Positions 25,952-37,221 of a stretch of DNA of 64,000 bases are shown piece after piece. The translations under genes were made by a program, and so were the position numbers. The first letter of the stretch is position 1; each line of letters starts with the position of its first letter. Below the pieces are notes generated by a model. It made no database searches and was not told the DNA's origin. It was given only the letters and a program-made list of their open reading frames with translations. Source of the stretch: Dictyostelium discoideum (lineage: Eukaryota); assembly GCA_000004695.1 (NCBI GenBank), contig CM000155.2:2272001-2336000 (forward strand), given 5' to 3'.

Positions 25952-26088
25952 TTAATATATTAATAGGTTGTTAATCAAAATAAAAGAAAAAAAAAAGAAA
26001 AAGAAAAAAAAAGTTTTTTTAATTTTTTTTTTTTTTTTTTGATAAATTCTCAAAAAAAAAAAAAAAATAAAAAAAAGAGGAAAGAAAA

Positions 26089-26096
26089 TCCCACAA
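26089..26096 (+). promoter_or_regulatory. DUSE-like box (TCCCACAA), copy 2
   Basis: Same spacing (about 75 nt) to the second Class I RNA. Confidence 0.55.
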
Positions 26097-26170
26097 CCAA
26101 AAATTATAAATATTTATCAGGATATATATTAATTATTTTAAAAATAATTAAATGTGCAAAAACACAAATA

Positions 26171-26233
26171 AGTTGACCTTACAGCAATCTTAACAAAATT
26201 TTTTCTGAATAAAAAAACCTAAGTCAACTGTAT
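26171..26233 (+). ncRNA. Class I small ncRNA gene (copy 2)
   Basis: AGTTGAC-CCTTACAGCAA-tcttaacaaaattttttctgaataaaaaaacctaa-GTCAACTgtat. A partial copy of the 3' half (aaaacctaagtcaactgtatc) recurs at 26321-26345. Confidence 0.65.
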
Positions 26234-26559
26234 CTTTTATAAAATTTTTTCTAAAACCTAAGTCTTTTTTTTTTGAATTGGATAACGCAATTATTATTTG
26301 CTTCTCCTTGAGGTTATTCTAAAACCTAAGTCAACTGTATCTTTATAAAATTTTTTAAGGTTCGAACTCCCAAGCTAAAGATGTCCTAGGTTCGAAACTC
26401 GGTCACGAATCAAATTAATGTGACCCAAAATGGGGCTCACCTTGTTGTAGTCTTACTAAAGCTAAAAACAATCAAACCACCCAAAAACAGTAAAAAACTA
26501 AAAACCAACCAACATTCAAATTTAAAAAAGAATGGAAAAAAGTTATATATAAATATATT

Positions 26560-26982
26560 TTAAAATTTTAATTTATTAAAATCTTCATTAAAAATAGTAA
26601 TATTGTTATAATTAGCATTACGTATCATTGAAAAAGAAATTAATGCATTGATTTCTGGAAATTTATTTGTTGATGATAATGTTCTTAATAAACGATTTCC
26701 TTTAACTTTAAATGACATATATCCATTAAAAAACAATTTAATTAAAATTCTATGAAATACAAATCCTCTACCATTATTTTTATCCAATAATGGTCTACTA
26801 CATAATATTTCATTGATACTATTTTCATAAAATGATTTTACCAAATTTTCATCATCGAAACCAAATGATTTGAATTGAATATCTGAATCTAAAACAATAC
26901 CATTAATAACAGCAAAACGAATGATATTTAAAGGAATATTTTTCAAATCCATTTTATTTTCATTATTATTTTCATTATTGTA

Positions 26983-27072
<90 letters not shown>

Positions 27073-29019
27073 ATATATAATTTGGTTTGATGTTAATTCT
27101 CTAATGATAAACTTTGAATCTGATTTTAAAGCTTTATGAGTAATTCTATAATCGACTTTTTTGTTTAAAATTTGAAAGACAGTATGTGATAATGCATCAA
27201 AATAAAATGATTTTAAATGTGAATTGATAAACCATTTTCTTGAGATATTATTATTACTTTTAACACTTTTTAAACATTCAATAAATTGATAATTACTAAT
27301 AAAATATTCTATACTAATATTTTCATTATTCTTTATTGTTAATGAAATAAAATTAAAAAGTTTGAAAGAACCATAATCGATACATGAAGCCAAAAATGAA
27401 ATAATTGAAAATATATTATAATTGTATGGAAAATTACCATTAAATATATTTTCTATAAAACAATTAAATAATTGTTTATTTCCACTATAAAATGCATTAT
27501 TAACTTGATTGAAATTGTAATAATTTGGAAAAATATTAAAATAAGCAATCAATGCTCCAACATCTTCTTCCATTACTATAATATCAACAAATGATGTTAA
27601 AAATGAATAATTATTATTATAATAATTATTATGCTGTTGTGCTAAAAATTGTTCAGACTCTATCATTTCTTTATTGATAAAATCAAAATAACAATTTGCA
27701 ATATATTGAGAAGTTTCAAATTTAACCTGTTCCCTTTTACCAACGATTCTTAATCGTAAATCACATAGCCATGAGATTTTAATTTCGTTTTTCTTTTTTT
27801 TTAATAATAAAAAATAATTATCACTTAAAAACAATGCAATTTTAGGGTCATATATTATTTGAATAGTTGAATTTGTATTAAATTTATCTGTTGTTTCATT
27901 GAGTAATCTTGATTTTAATGCTTCGCAAAGTACCTTTACAATTTCTAAATCAAAATTGTTTAAAATAAATTCAAGTGGGAAATTCATTGCTTCTAAAGTT
28001 GATTTACTTATTCTAATACCTAACAATGTAAAAATTTCTGATTCGGTTGTTGTTGGTGTTGGTGTTGGTGTTGGTGTTGGTTTTTTTGTTGGTGTTTGTG
28101 GTGGTACAAGTGTTGGTGTTGGTGTTGGTGGTGGTGTTGGTGGTGTTGGTGGTGGTGTATATTTATATTTATCTAATAATAATTTAAATATAAATTGGTC
28201 TTTGTATTTAGAAATTATTTGAAATACATTGGTTAATTGATTATGTATAATTGGTAATTCTTTTGGAAATAATTCTATAATTTGTTTTCCAAATATTTTC
28301 GATTGATCTTTAATCATAATTTCACATAAATATGTTGTTAATTGAGTGAATGATAAATCAATTTTTGATTCTTTTATTAAATATTGAAATATTTCTTGTA
28401 ATTTTATTTCTTCATCATGATGATCATGATTCACTTGGATTGTAATTTCAGAACGAATCATTTTTCTTTTTCTTTTTAATTTTCTTGAATGTATTAAACT
28501 AAAAACTGAATTGAAGTTGATTGATTCAGTTTCGAGTAATTGATTATCTATTATATATTTGAGTTTATCTAAATCTCCATTACTGATTAAATTAATATGG
28601 TGTTGTATTTTTTCTTTTCTATATTTATTTATTTTTTTAATTTTTCCAATTAATTTCTCAATTTCTTTTTTAAATGTTTGAAAAATAAGTTCAAATAATT
28701 CTAATGGTAATTCACTCCATTTATATAATAGTTTTAAACATTGTTCATTAAATGTTAAAAAATGTTTACTATTTAATATTGATATTTCTGAATACTGATT
28801 ATTATTATTATTAATATTATTATTTTTAAAATATTTATTATAATTATTTAATTTTTCAATTAATAATGGTTGATTCTTTGTTTTTAAAACGAGTTCTAAT
28901 GGGAAATCATAATAGTTATATCTGATAGATCTCTGTTCTTTATTATACTCTGAAATATATGAATAGATTTTTTTCTTTAAATAAATATTTTTAAAAACCT
29001 GACTGAATAATAAATCCAT
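26560..29019 (-). CDS. Paralog family member E
   Basis: 819-aa ORF with an intact family C-terminus (...NNITIFNEDFNKLKF*). Confidence 0.75.
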
Positions 29020-29087
29020 ATTATATATAAAAAAAAAAAAGAAAAAGAAGTTTTTTTTTTTTTTACAAATTGTTGTAGGGAATTTTC

Positions 29088-29157
29088 AATAAAATTTCAC
29101 TACAGTAGCGTAGTGAATTTTATTATTTAATTTCACTACAGTAGCGTAGTGAAAAAA
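29088..29157 (+). repeat. Two direct copies of a 23-bp hairpin-capable motif (ATTTCACTACAGTAGCGTAGTGAA), spaced 40 bp apart
   Basis: Each unit contains the 6-bp inverted repeat CACTAC...GTAGTG around AGTAGC. Lies next to the retroelement remnant. Confidence 0.7.
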
Positions 29158-29580
29158 AAAAATCACTGACCCTAAATTTTTTTTTTTTTCAAAAAACAAA
29201 TAAAGTTTATTAAATTATTATCTTTTATTTGAATATTAGCTCTATTTAAGGTTTTTTAATTTTTTTTTTTTAATTTAATTTTTTTTTTTTTTAATTTAAT
29301 TTTTTTTTTTTTTTTTGCGCCAAAATTTTTTTTTTTTTTCCCCAACAAAACTTTTTTTTTTTTTTTTTTTTTTTTTATTTTCATTTTCCCAAAATGAAAC
29401 AAGATAAATTATTTAAAATTTATTGAAGATAATAATTTTGAAAATACTAAACATAAAAATTATAAATTTTTACATGATGAGTAAATATTTTTCCTTACCA
29501 TAACACAATCATTTTTTAAATTCTGACCAATAAAAAACAGAAACAGAAAAGAAAAATTATTTAGAATTGAAAAAAAAGTC

Positions 29581-30424
29581 ATGAATTGTGGCGGAGATAG
29601 AAATATATCAAAAGAAGTGTGTTTAGAAGTAATTAATGATTATAGAATGGTATCACTCTGGGAAGAAATGCATAAAGGTCATATAGGAAGAGATGCAACC
29701 TATGGGAACTACAAGACTAAATATTATAATATGGGATTGTATTCTTTTGTATCTGATGCAGTAGATACGTGTGACATTTGCCAACGAAATAGAATAAAAG
29801 GTTTGGTATCAATCATTTTTTATATGATGTTTTGTAACTTTTATATTAAAACTCTGTGAAAGTATGGCACTGCGATAATGGACGTGAATTTAAAAACAAA
29901 GTCCAAAAAGAATTCCTAAAACTTTTTCCAGGCTCCAAGTCAGCACATGGAGCTCCTCGTACACCAACAACTCAAGGTATGGTAGAAAGATTGAATCGAA
30001 CTATCAAGGAGAGGATCTCAAAATTAAAACAACAAGAGTATGATATTGTGAACAATATAAATTATCGATATGTTTATTAATTAATCATTTATAAATAAAT
30101 TTTAGTTTTCTTGATGGTACTTCTAGGTCTCTTTCTGAACTATTAAAACAAGCTTTGTATGATTACAATAATACAAAAACAAGAACAATTAAAATGACAC
30201 CATCTCAAGCTGTTGGTATTGTTCCTTTGTTTATTAATGTTCAATCAGAACAAGACTCTCAATCAATTGGTGTTTCAGATGTTTCAAAAGAAGAAAGAAC
30301 AGCTATTATTCTTGAAAATCTCACAAGTTACCAAAATCAATGGAATTCAAAACCACCAAAGGGATTGAAAGTTGGTGATACTGTACTCTTTCTAGAAATT
30401 AAAAAAAATAATGTAAGTAATTAA
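29581..30424 (+). mobile_element. Degenerate LTR-retrotransposon (Ty3/gypsy-type) integrase remnant
   Basis: Three broken ORFs. (1) HHCC zinc finger: H-KGH-IGRDATYGNYKTKYYNMGLYSFVSDAVDTCDICQ. (2) C-terminal half of the rve core: WHCDNGREFKN...GAPRTPTTQGMVERLNRTIKERI. (3) C-terminal SH3-like region (GLKVGDTVLF). The DD part of the DDE triad is missing and the reading frames are broken. Confidence 0.7.
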
Positions 30425-30479
30425 AACATAAAGATTAATAATATATGAAACAGTAATAATTATCAAATTTTATATTTAA

Positions 30480-30698
30480 TTCTAATAGATAATATTGATT
30501 TTAGGTATAATAATAAGGGGGTTCTGGAAGACACTATACTGCTCTATAAACTTGAGTTTTTGGAAGACGGACTAATCGCCTGAATACAAGGTCATACTCT
30601 GTGTTGGNGAAGGGAACAAACCATGGATGTTTATAACATGCGAACTTGATATTGTTAGAGCATTGTCCTCATACATGAAGATACNGACTCTTTTACTT
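30480..30698 (+). other. GC-richer non-coding block adjoining the integrase remnant (possible LTR or UTR fragment), running into the assembly gap
   Basis: Composition differs from the AT-rich spacer. Bounded by the N-run. Confidence 0.25.
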
Positions 30699-30802
30699 CT
30701 GGNNNNNNNNNNNNNNNNNNNNNNNNNNNNNNNNNNNNNNNNNNNNNNNNNNNNNNNNNNNNNNNNNNNNNNNNNNNNNNNNNNNNNNNNNNNNNNNNNN
30801 NN
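30699..30802. other. Assembly gap (N run)
   Basis: 104 N. Confidence 1.
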
Positions 30803-31127
30803 TATTAAAAGTTTCAAAATCTAATTCCTTCCAAACTAGTAATGATTTTAAACATTCTTTATTAAAATCTAAATAATATTTGGTAATGATACTACTACTG
30901 CTAATGACTTCATCATCATTTGATTCACCTTTGATTATATATTTATTATAAAATTTAATTTTCTCTAATAGTAATATTTGATTTCTACTCTTTATTACCA
31001 TCTCTAATGGGAATTCGTAAAAATTATATGTTAAATATAATAAACTCTCATTATATTGTCTAATAAATTTAAATATAATATTATTTAAATAATTATTTTT
31101 AAAAACACTAAAAAATAATGTATCCAT
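30803..31127 (-). CDS. Paralog family member F, N-terminal fragment; the 3' part is lost to the gap and retroelement
   Basis: MDTLFFSVFKNNYLNNIIFKFIRQYNESLLYLTYNFYEFPLEMVIKSRNQILLLEKIKFYNKY... The likely start Met is at 31127-31125. The ORF runs into the N gap. Confidence 0.55.
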
Positions 31128-31390
31128 TGAAAAATGTAAAAAAAAATGCAAAAAATAAAATAATGATGTGTTTTTTCTCCCAAAAATAATAATAATAAAA
31201 AAAAAAAAATTTAAAAATCTTGCAAATATCCAATTAAAAAAAAAAAAAAATTTTTTTTTTATTTTAAAATCTATACTTTTTTAGATAAATAAAGAGTACT
31301 TATAATAATAATACTCTTTATTCTTCAAAATAAAAAAAATGAACGATAAATAATTTAATTGTAAAAATAAACTTTTTGGTTGAAAAAAAA

Positions 31391-33155
31391 TTATTTAAAT
31401 AAAAATGGTTTAAAAACTTTTATTCTTTTTAATCTATCAATATAAATAATTCTATCTTGGTAATTTAATTTTGAAATAACAGAAATTAAATATGATTGAT
31501 ATGTTAAATAAATTCGATAATTAATTTCTTGACTATTATTTTTGAAGAAATTTGAATTATTAGCAACTTCTAATAAATAATTAAATGGATAATCATTTTC
31601 TAAAAGTGATGAAAATAGTAATAATAAATGTAATTGTTTTTTATAGATAACCATTGATGTAAACTGTTTATTATTATTATATTTTGAAAGTAATTTTGGA
31701 ATTATTAAATTGAAAATATTAAATTCATCAATTTCATTACATTCACTAAAATATTTGATAACGTTCATGTCTAGCTCTAATAATAAAGTTTGATAAATCT
31801 CATCAGAGTATTGATTAATTAATAATTCCAATGATTGATAATCGTTTAAAGCAAGTAGACATTTTTTAATTGATAATTTTGAAAAGAATATATATCCATC
31901 AAATTTTATTAAAAACTTTAATTGATTAATTCCAATATATTCACAATCTTTTGAAAAATCCCACCTCAACTGTTCATTTGAAAAAAGTTGGATATTTTGA
32001 TTTAATATTTTATTATTTGATATACTTGAATATGTTAAATAAAATGGTGGATTTTTAACACTACTACCACTATCACTATCACCACTTCCACTACTATTAC
32101 TATTACTATTATTATCAATTTTATTTTGATCAATAGAGTCATATATCATTAAATTTAAATGATTTTTTAATAGATATAGTGATATATATGGGTCAGAGAT
32201 TATGATTCTATTATTTTTTGATGAACTATAATTATAAATGATATTTGGGAATGGTAATTGAAATTCTCTATTGTCTTGATGATCTTTTATAACTAATTCG
32301 TCAAAAAATCCATAAAATAATGAATTTGATTTATAGATTAATAAATAATCAATATCTAATAAATCTATAACCATTTTATTAAATTTAACTTGATATTCAG
32401 TTTTTTCAAATAGATATCTTGGTGGTGGCGGTGATGATGACGATGATGATGATGATGATAATGATGATGATGATGATGATGATAGGTCAATATTATATAG
32501 TTGAACAATTTTTAATATTAATAATTTTATCATTTCTCTATCACCTTTTTCCAATGATATTGATGTTAAATTATATATTTGTTCTATTTTATTTTGATAA
32601 CCACCTATAATTGAAGGTTTCTCTAATTTTTCAATGAAAAATTTACCGTATCGATTTGTTGAATTTTCTTTTACTATCTTTATTAAAATTGTACAAATTA
32701 TACGATTTGTTATTAAAGGTAGTTTGGTAATTGATAATGAAGATAGAAAATCGAAAAATTCAATAACTTGTTCCATTGGGTATGTTGGATTTGAAAATAT
32801 ATCTATCGAATAATTAGCTAAATAATTTGAAAGCATTGATTTAAATACTCGATTTCTTTCTTCTTCTATCTTTAGTGGTGGTGGTGGTGATTGTAGTAAT
32901 GATGATTGTAGATATGGGAGTGGGTATGGTAGTGAATTTAATAAAAATAATTTCAATATTCCAATATTTTCATTTTCAATTAAATCTTGAAAATATTTTG
33001 GATTATCATACATTTCTAGTGACTGAATTTCATTTTCAAATGTTTTAAAAATTAATTTAACAATTTCTGAATCAACTCTCTTCCATTTAAATAAATATCT
33101 TAAACAATCTTTATCTATTTTTAATAAATTTTCATTTTCTATTATTGTTATTTTA

Positions 33156-33238
<83 letters not shown>

Positions 33239-33430
33239 TGTATTATTATGTAATTTTATTTTTTCAATTAATAGGTGTTGATTTTTAGTTTTAATTATTG
33301 ATAATAATGGAATTTGATAATAGTTGTAAGTTTTTGTATATAAAAGTGATTTATTTATTTGTTTTATTTTTAAAAAAATTAATGACCTTAAATATATATT
33401 CTTAAAAACTTTAAAAAAAATATCATCCAT
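31391..33430 (-). CDS. Paralog family member G (divergent)
   Basis: 679-aa ORF. MDDIFFKVFKNIYLRSLIFLKIKQI...YNYYQIPLLSIIKTKNQHLLIEKIKLHNN. Asn29 tract, a Ser-rich run, PPPP. Confidence 0.7.
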
Positions 33431-33520
33431 TTAGTGTTAAAGATATATTTTTCTTTTTTTTAAATTAAAAACAAAAAATGAAAATAAAAAAAAAAATAAA
33501 AAAAAATAAAAAAAAGTTGT

Positions 33521-33578
<58 letters not shown>

Positions 33579-34270
33579 TCATTCTTTTTTTGAAATGGGT
33601 TTTATTTCGATCAACAACGAGTAGGGAATATTTTTTATATAAAAATATAGATTTAAAAAAAAAAAAAAAATATATTTTTTTTTAATTCAAATTTGGATAT
33701 TTGAAAACAGAATGGTTCCATTCATTTTTTTTATTTTTTTATATAAAAAATCATTTTGTGCATTATTGAAGGCTCAATTTTTTATTCCCCAAATCCTTAC
33801 TAAAAAAAAAAAAAATCAAATAATTGTTTTTAAAAAAAAAATGAAAAATAAAATGAAAATATTGGGGATATAATTTTTTTTTTTAGTTTAAAAATTAATG
33901 TTAAAAGAATATAATTCTTTCATTTTGACCAATTATCTTTTTTTATTATTAATATTATAAATTGATTATTTTTTAAAAAAAAATTTTTATTTTGATATAA
34001 AAAATAAATTTTTTTTTTTCATTTTGGTATTAAAAATAGCAAATGAAACCAAATATTTACCAGGGTGATTATATGATAATCACACCATTTTCTTTTTGGC
34101 TTAAGTTACACAATGAAATCTTGTAATTTTCCCAAAATATAACCAATCACAATTTAAATACTTTATCATAATAACTTTAAAAATAAAAATTATTATTTGT
34201 AAAGGAATGATGTTCTTAATAAATTTTTTCCCCCCAATTTTATTAAAAAAAACTAATTAGTTTAGTAAAC

Positions 34271-34315
<45 letters not shown>

Positions 34316-34938
34316 GTAAAATTGTTAGAATTAGTTAAAAAAAAAACTAAAAAAAAAAAAAAAAAAAAAAATACAATTTAGGAAAGACAAAGTTTTTGTG
34401 AAAAAACTAATAAACAAAATTGATATTTTTTTTAAAAAGTAAACGAAAAGTAAATTATACAAAACGATCCTAATTAGGACGTGTCATCATTTTTTTTTTT
34501 TTTCATATTTATGTATAACCCCATTGTTTTATTTTTTTATTTTTTTTTTTATTTTTTATTTCATTTTTTTAATTTTTTTTTTTTTTTTTTTTAATTTTTT
34601 ATTTTTAAATTTTTTTTTTAACAAAAAGGATCTCATTATTTTAAAATTCTTAAAAAATTAACATAAGGATCGTTTTCTTATGATTTTCTCAACAATTTAA
34701 TTCACAAAGAATAAAAAAAAAGTTGGCTATACCGAAAAAAAAAAAAAAAAAAAAAAACTATAAAAAGATTTTCATTTTTTTTTTTTTTTTTTGGAATAAT
34801 TTTATTTTTAGAACCATAAAAACAAAAAAATAAAATAAAAACAAAAAAATAAAAACGATTTTTATTTTTAATCTCACACATAATTATAAAAACGTATTAG
34901 ATTAGTTTAACAAAAACAAAAAAAAAAGAAACTATTGA

Positions 34939-35299
34939 ATGTCTGATGATTATGAACTAAAGGAATTGCAGCCGCCTGAGGGTGCGAACTGCAATTATAA
35001 TATCAATACACCTCAATATGAAAATAACAACAATAATAATAATAATACAAGTGGTAATGAATCACCAAATATTTTAAATAGTGAAAATCAATTCAATCAA
35101 GTTGCAAATGAATTAGAAAATGATTCAAAACAATTCTTTTCAAATCAAGACCCTGAAATGAATGTTGAACATTCTAATGTTGCACAAAATGAACAAGATT
35201 TTAAACTACGTAGTTATTTTGAAAATTCTCAACGTATTGCTTTAGGAAATGGTCAAAAACCAAAGAAAATGGGTATTTCAATTAGAAATTTAACAGTTG
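34939..35299 (+). CDS. ABC transporter G family (PDR-type, full-size), exon 1
   Basis: N-terminus ...[12 protein letters not shown]. Donor GTAAAT at 35300, phase 1. Confidence 0.75.
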
Positions 35300-35529
35300 G
35301 TAAATATTTTTTATTATTTTCATTCGAAATTTCAAATTTTATTTTTATTTTCATTTTTTTTTTATTTTTTTTTTTTTTTTAAAAATATCTTTTTTTTGAT
35401 TTGATTGTTTTGATTGTTTTTTATTTTATTTATTATTATTTTAAAACTAATATTTATTTTATTTATTTATTTATTTATTTATTTTATTTTATCTATTTTA
35501 TTTATTTTTTTATTATAATTAATTTTTAG

Positions 35530-35840
35530 TTGGAAAAGGTGCAGATATATCAGTAATTTCAGATTTATCAACACCATTTGTAACTATTTTTAATTTATTT
35601 AGACCATCAACATGGAGGAAATCAAGTGGTAGCACATTTGATATCTTACATGATGTTACTTTATTTAACCGAGATGCTGAAATGCTTTTAGTATTAGGTC
35701 GTCCAGGCGCTGGCTGCTCAACATTATTACGTGTAATTTCAAACCAACGTAGTTCTTATGTTAGTGTATCAGGTGATGTAACTTATGGTGGTATTAACTC
35801 TGATGAATGGAAAAATTTTAAGGGTGAAAGTATTTATACT
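35530..35840 (+). CDS. ABCG transporter, exon 2 (NBD1 Walker A)
   Basis: Acceptor TAG at 35527-35529. [13 protein letters not shown]...[19 protein letters not shown]. Donor GTATGT at 35841, phase 0. Confidence 0.75.
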
Positions 35841-35847
35841 GTATGTA

Positions 35848-35878
<31 letters not shown>

Positions 35879-35988
35879 TTTTTTTTATTTTTTTTTTATT
35901 TTTTAAAAATGCATAAAAAAATTATTTAAAATATTTATTTATTGTTTTTATTATTATTGTTATTATTATTATTTTAAAAATAATGTAG

Positions 35989-36159
35989 CCAGAAGAGGAT
36001 ACTCATCATCCAACATTAACAGTTCGTGAAACATTGAATTTTGCATTAAAATGTAAAACTATTCATAATCGGTTACCAGATGAAAAGAAAAAAACTTTTA
36101 GAAAAAAAATTTATGATTTATTAGTAGGAATGTTTGGTATTTCAAAACAATCTGATACT
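35989..36159 (+). CDS. ABCG transporter, exon 3
   Basis: Acceptor TAG at 35986-35988. [19 protein letters not shown]... Donor GTAAAT at 36160. Confidence 0.7.
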
Positions 36160-36272
36160 GTAAATATTTAATATTTAATAATATTATTTTATTTTATTTT
36201 TTTTATTTTTTTTATTTTTTTTTTTTTTTTCTAAACATTTTTTTTTTTTTTTTTTTTAAAAAAATATTAAAG

Positions 36273-36392
36273 CTTGTAGGTAATGAATTTATTAGAGGCT
36301 TATCAGGTGGTGAACGTAAAAGATTAACCATTACTGAAGCAATGGTATCATCTGCTTCAATTACTTGTTATGATTGCTCAACACGTGGTCTT
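36273..36392 (+). CDS. ABCG transporter, exon 4 (ABC signature)
   Basis: Acceptor AG at 36271-36272. [25 protein letters not shown]...CYDCSTRGL. Donor GTATGT at 36393. Confidence 0.7.
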
Positions 36393-36471
36393 GTATGTTT
36401 TAATAATTTTTAAAAATTATTTATACAATCATAATTATTTATTAACTTTTTTTTTTTTTAAAAAAAAAAAG

Positions 36472-37128
36472 GATGCTGCATCAGCATTAGATTATGCAAA
36501 ATCAATTCGTATTATGTCAGATACATTACATAAAACAACAATTGCATCATTTTATCAAGCATCAGATTCAATTTTTAATTTATTTAATAATGTTGCAATT
36601 TTAGAAAAGGGTAGATTAATTTATTTTGGACCAGTTGGTTTAGCAAAACAATACTTTCTTGATTTAGGATTTGATTGTGAACCACGTAAATCAACACCTG
36701 ATTTTTTAACTGGTGTAACTAATCCACAAGAACGTAAAGTACGTCCAGGTTTTGAAGGTCGTGCACCAGAAACTTCATCAGATTTTGAAAAAGCTTGGAA
36801 ATCTTCTGATCTCTATCAAGTTATGCTTCAACAACAATTGGAATATGAAAAAAAGATTGAATTGGAACAACCATCAACTAATTTCATTGAACAAATTAGA
36901 AATGAAAATAGTAAAACCAATCCAACAAAATCAATTTATACAACATCTTATTTCACTCAAGTTAGGGCATTAATAGCAAGAAATTCTCAAATCATTTGGG
37001 GTGATAGATTTGCATTGATTTCAAAATATATTTCAATCATTGTTCAAACATTTGTTTATGCTTCATTATTTTATAATATGAAATCTGATGTTACTGGTTT
37101 ATTTAACAGAGGTGGTGCAATTTATGCT
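36472..37128 (+). CDS. ABCG transporter, exon 5
   Basis: Acceptor AG at 36470-36471. [15 protein letters not shown]...[28 protein letters not shown] (PDR family). Donor GTAAGT at 37129. Confidence 0.75.
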
Positions 37129-37221
37129 GTAAGTAAATTAATTAAAAATTAATTATTAAAAAAAAAAAAAAAAAAAAAACAAATTTTAATTGTAATCTAT
37201 TATTATTATTATTATTTTAAG

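Noticed and set aside
29581-30424. Calling the integrase-like ORFs as intact genes
   Set aside because: They are three short ORFs in different frames. Half the catalytic core is missing and there are no RT, RNase H or protease ORFs. This is a decayed fragment.
30572-31151. ORFs containing long X runs (30572-30817, 30627-30824, 48508-48765, 48538-48723)
   Set aside because: They span N gaps. Only the unambiguous part (30803-31127) was interpreted.
36752-36973. 73-aa ORF in an alternate frame within ABCG exon 5
   Set aside because: It overlaps the well-supported PDR-family reading frame and has no homology.
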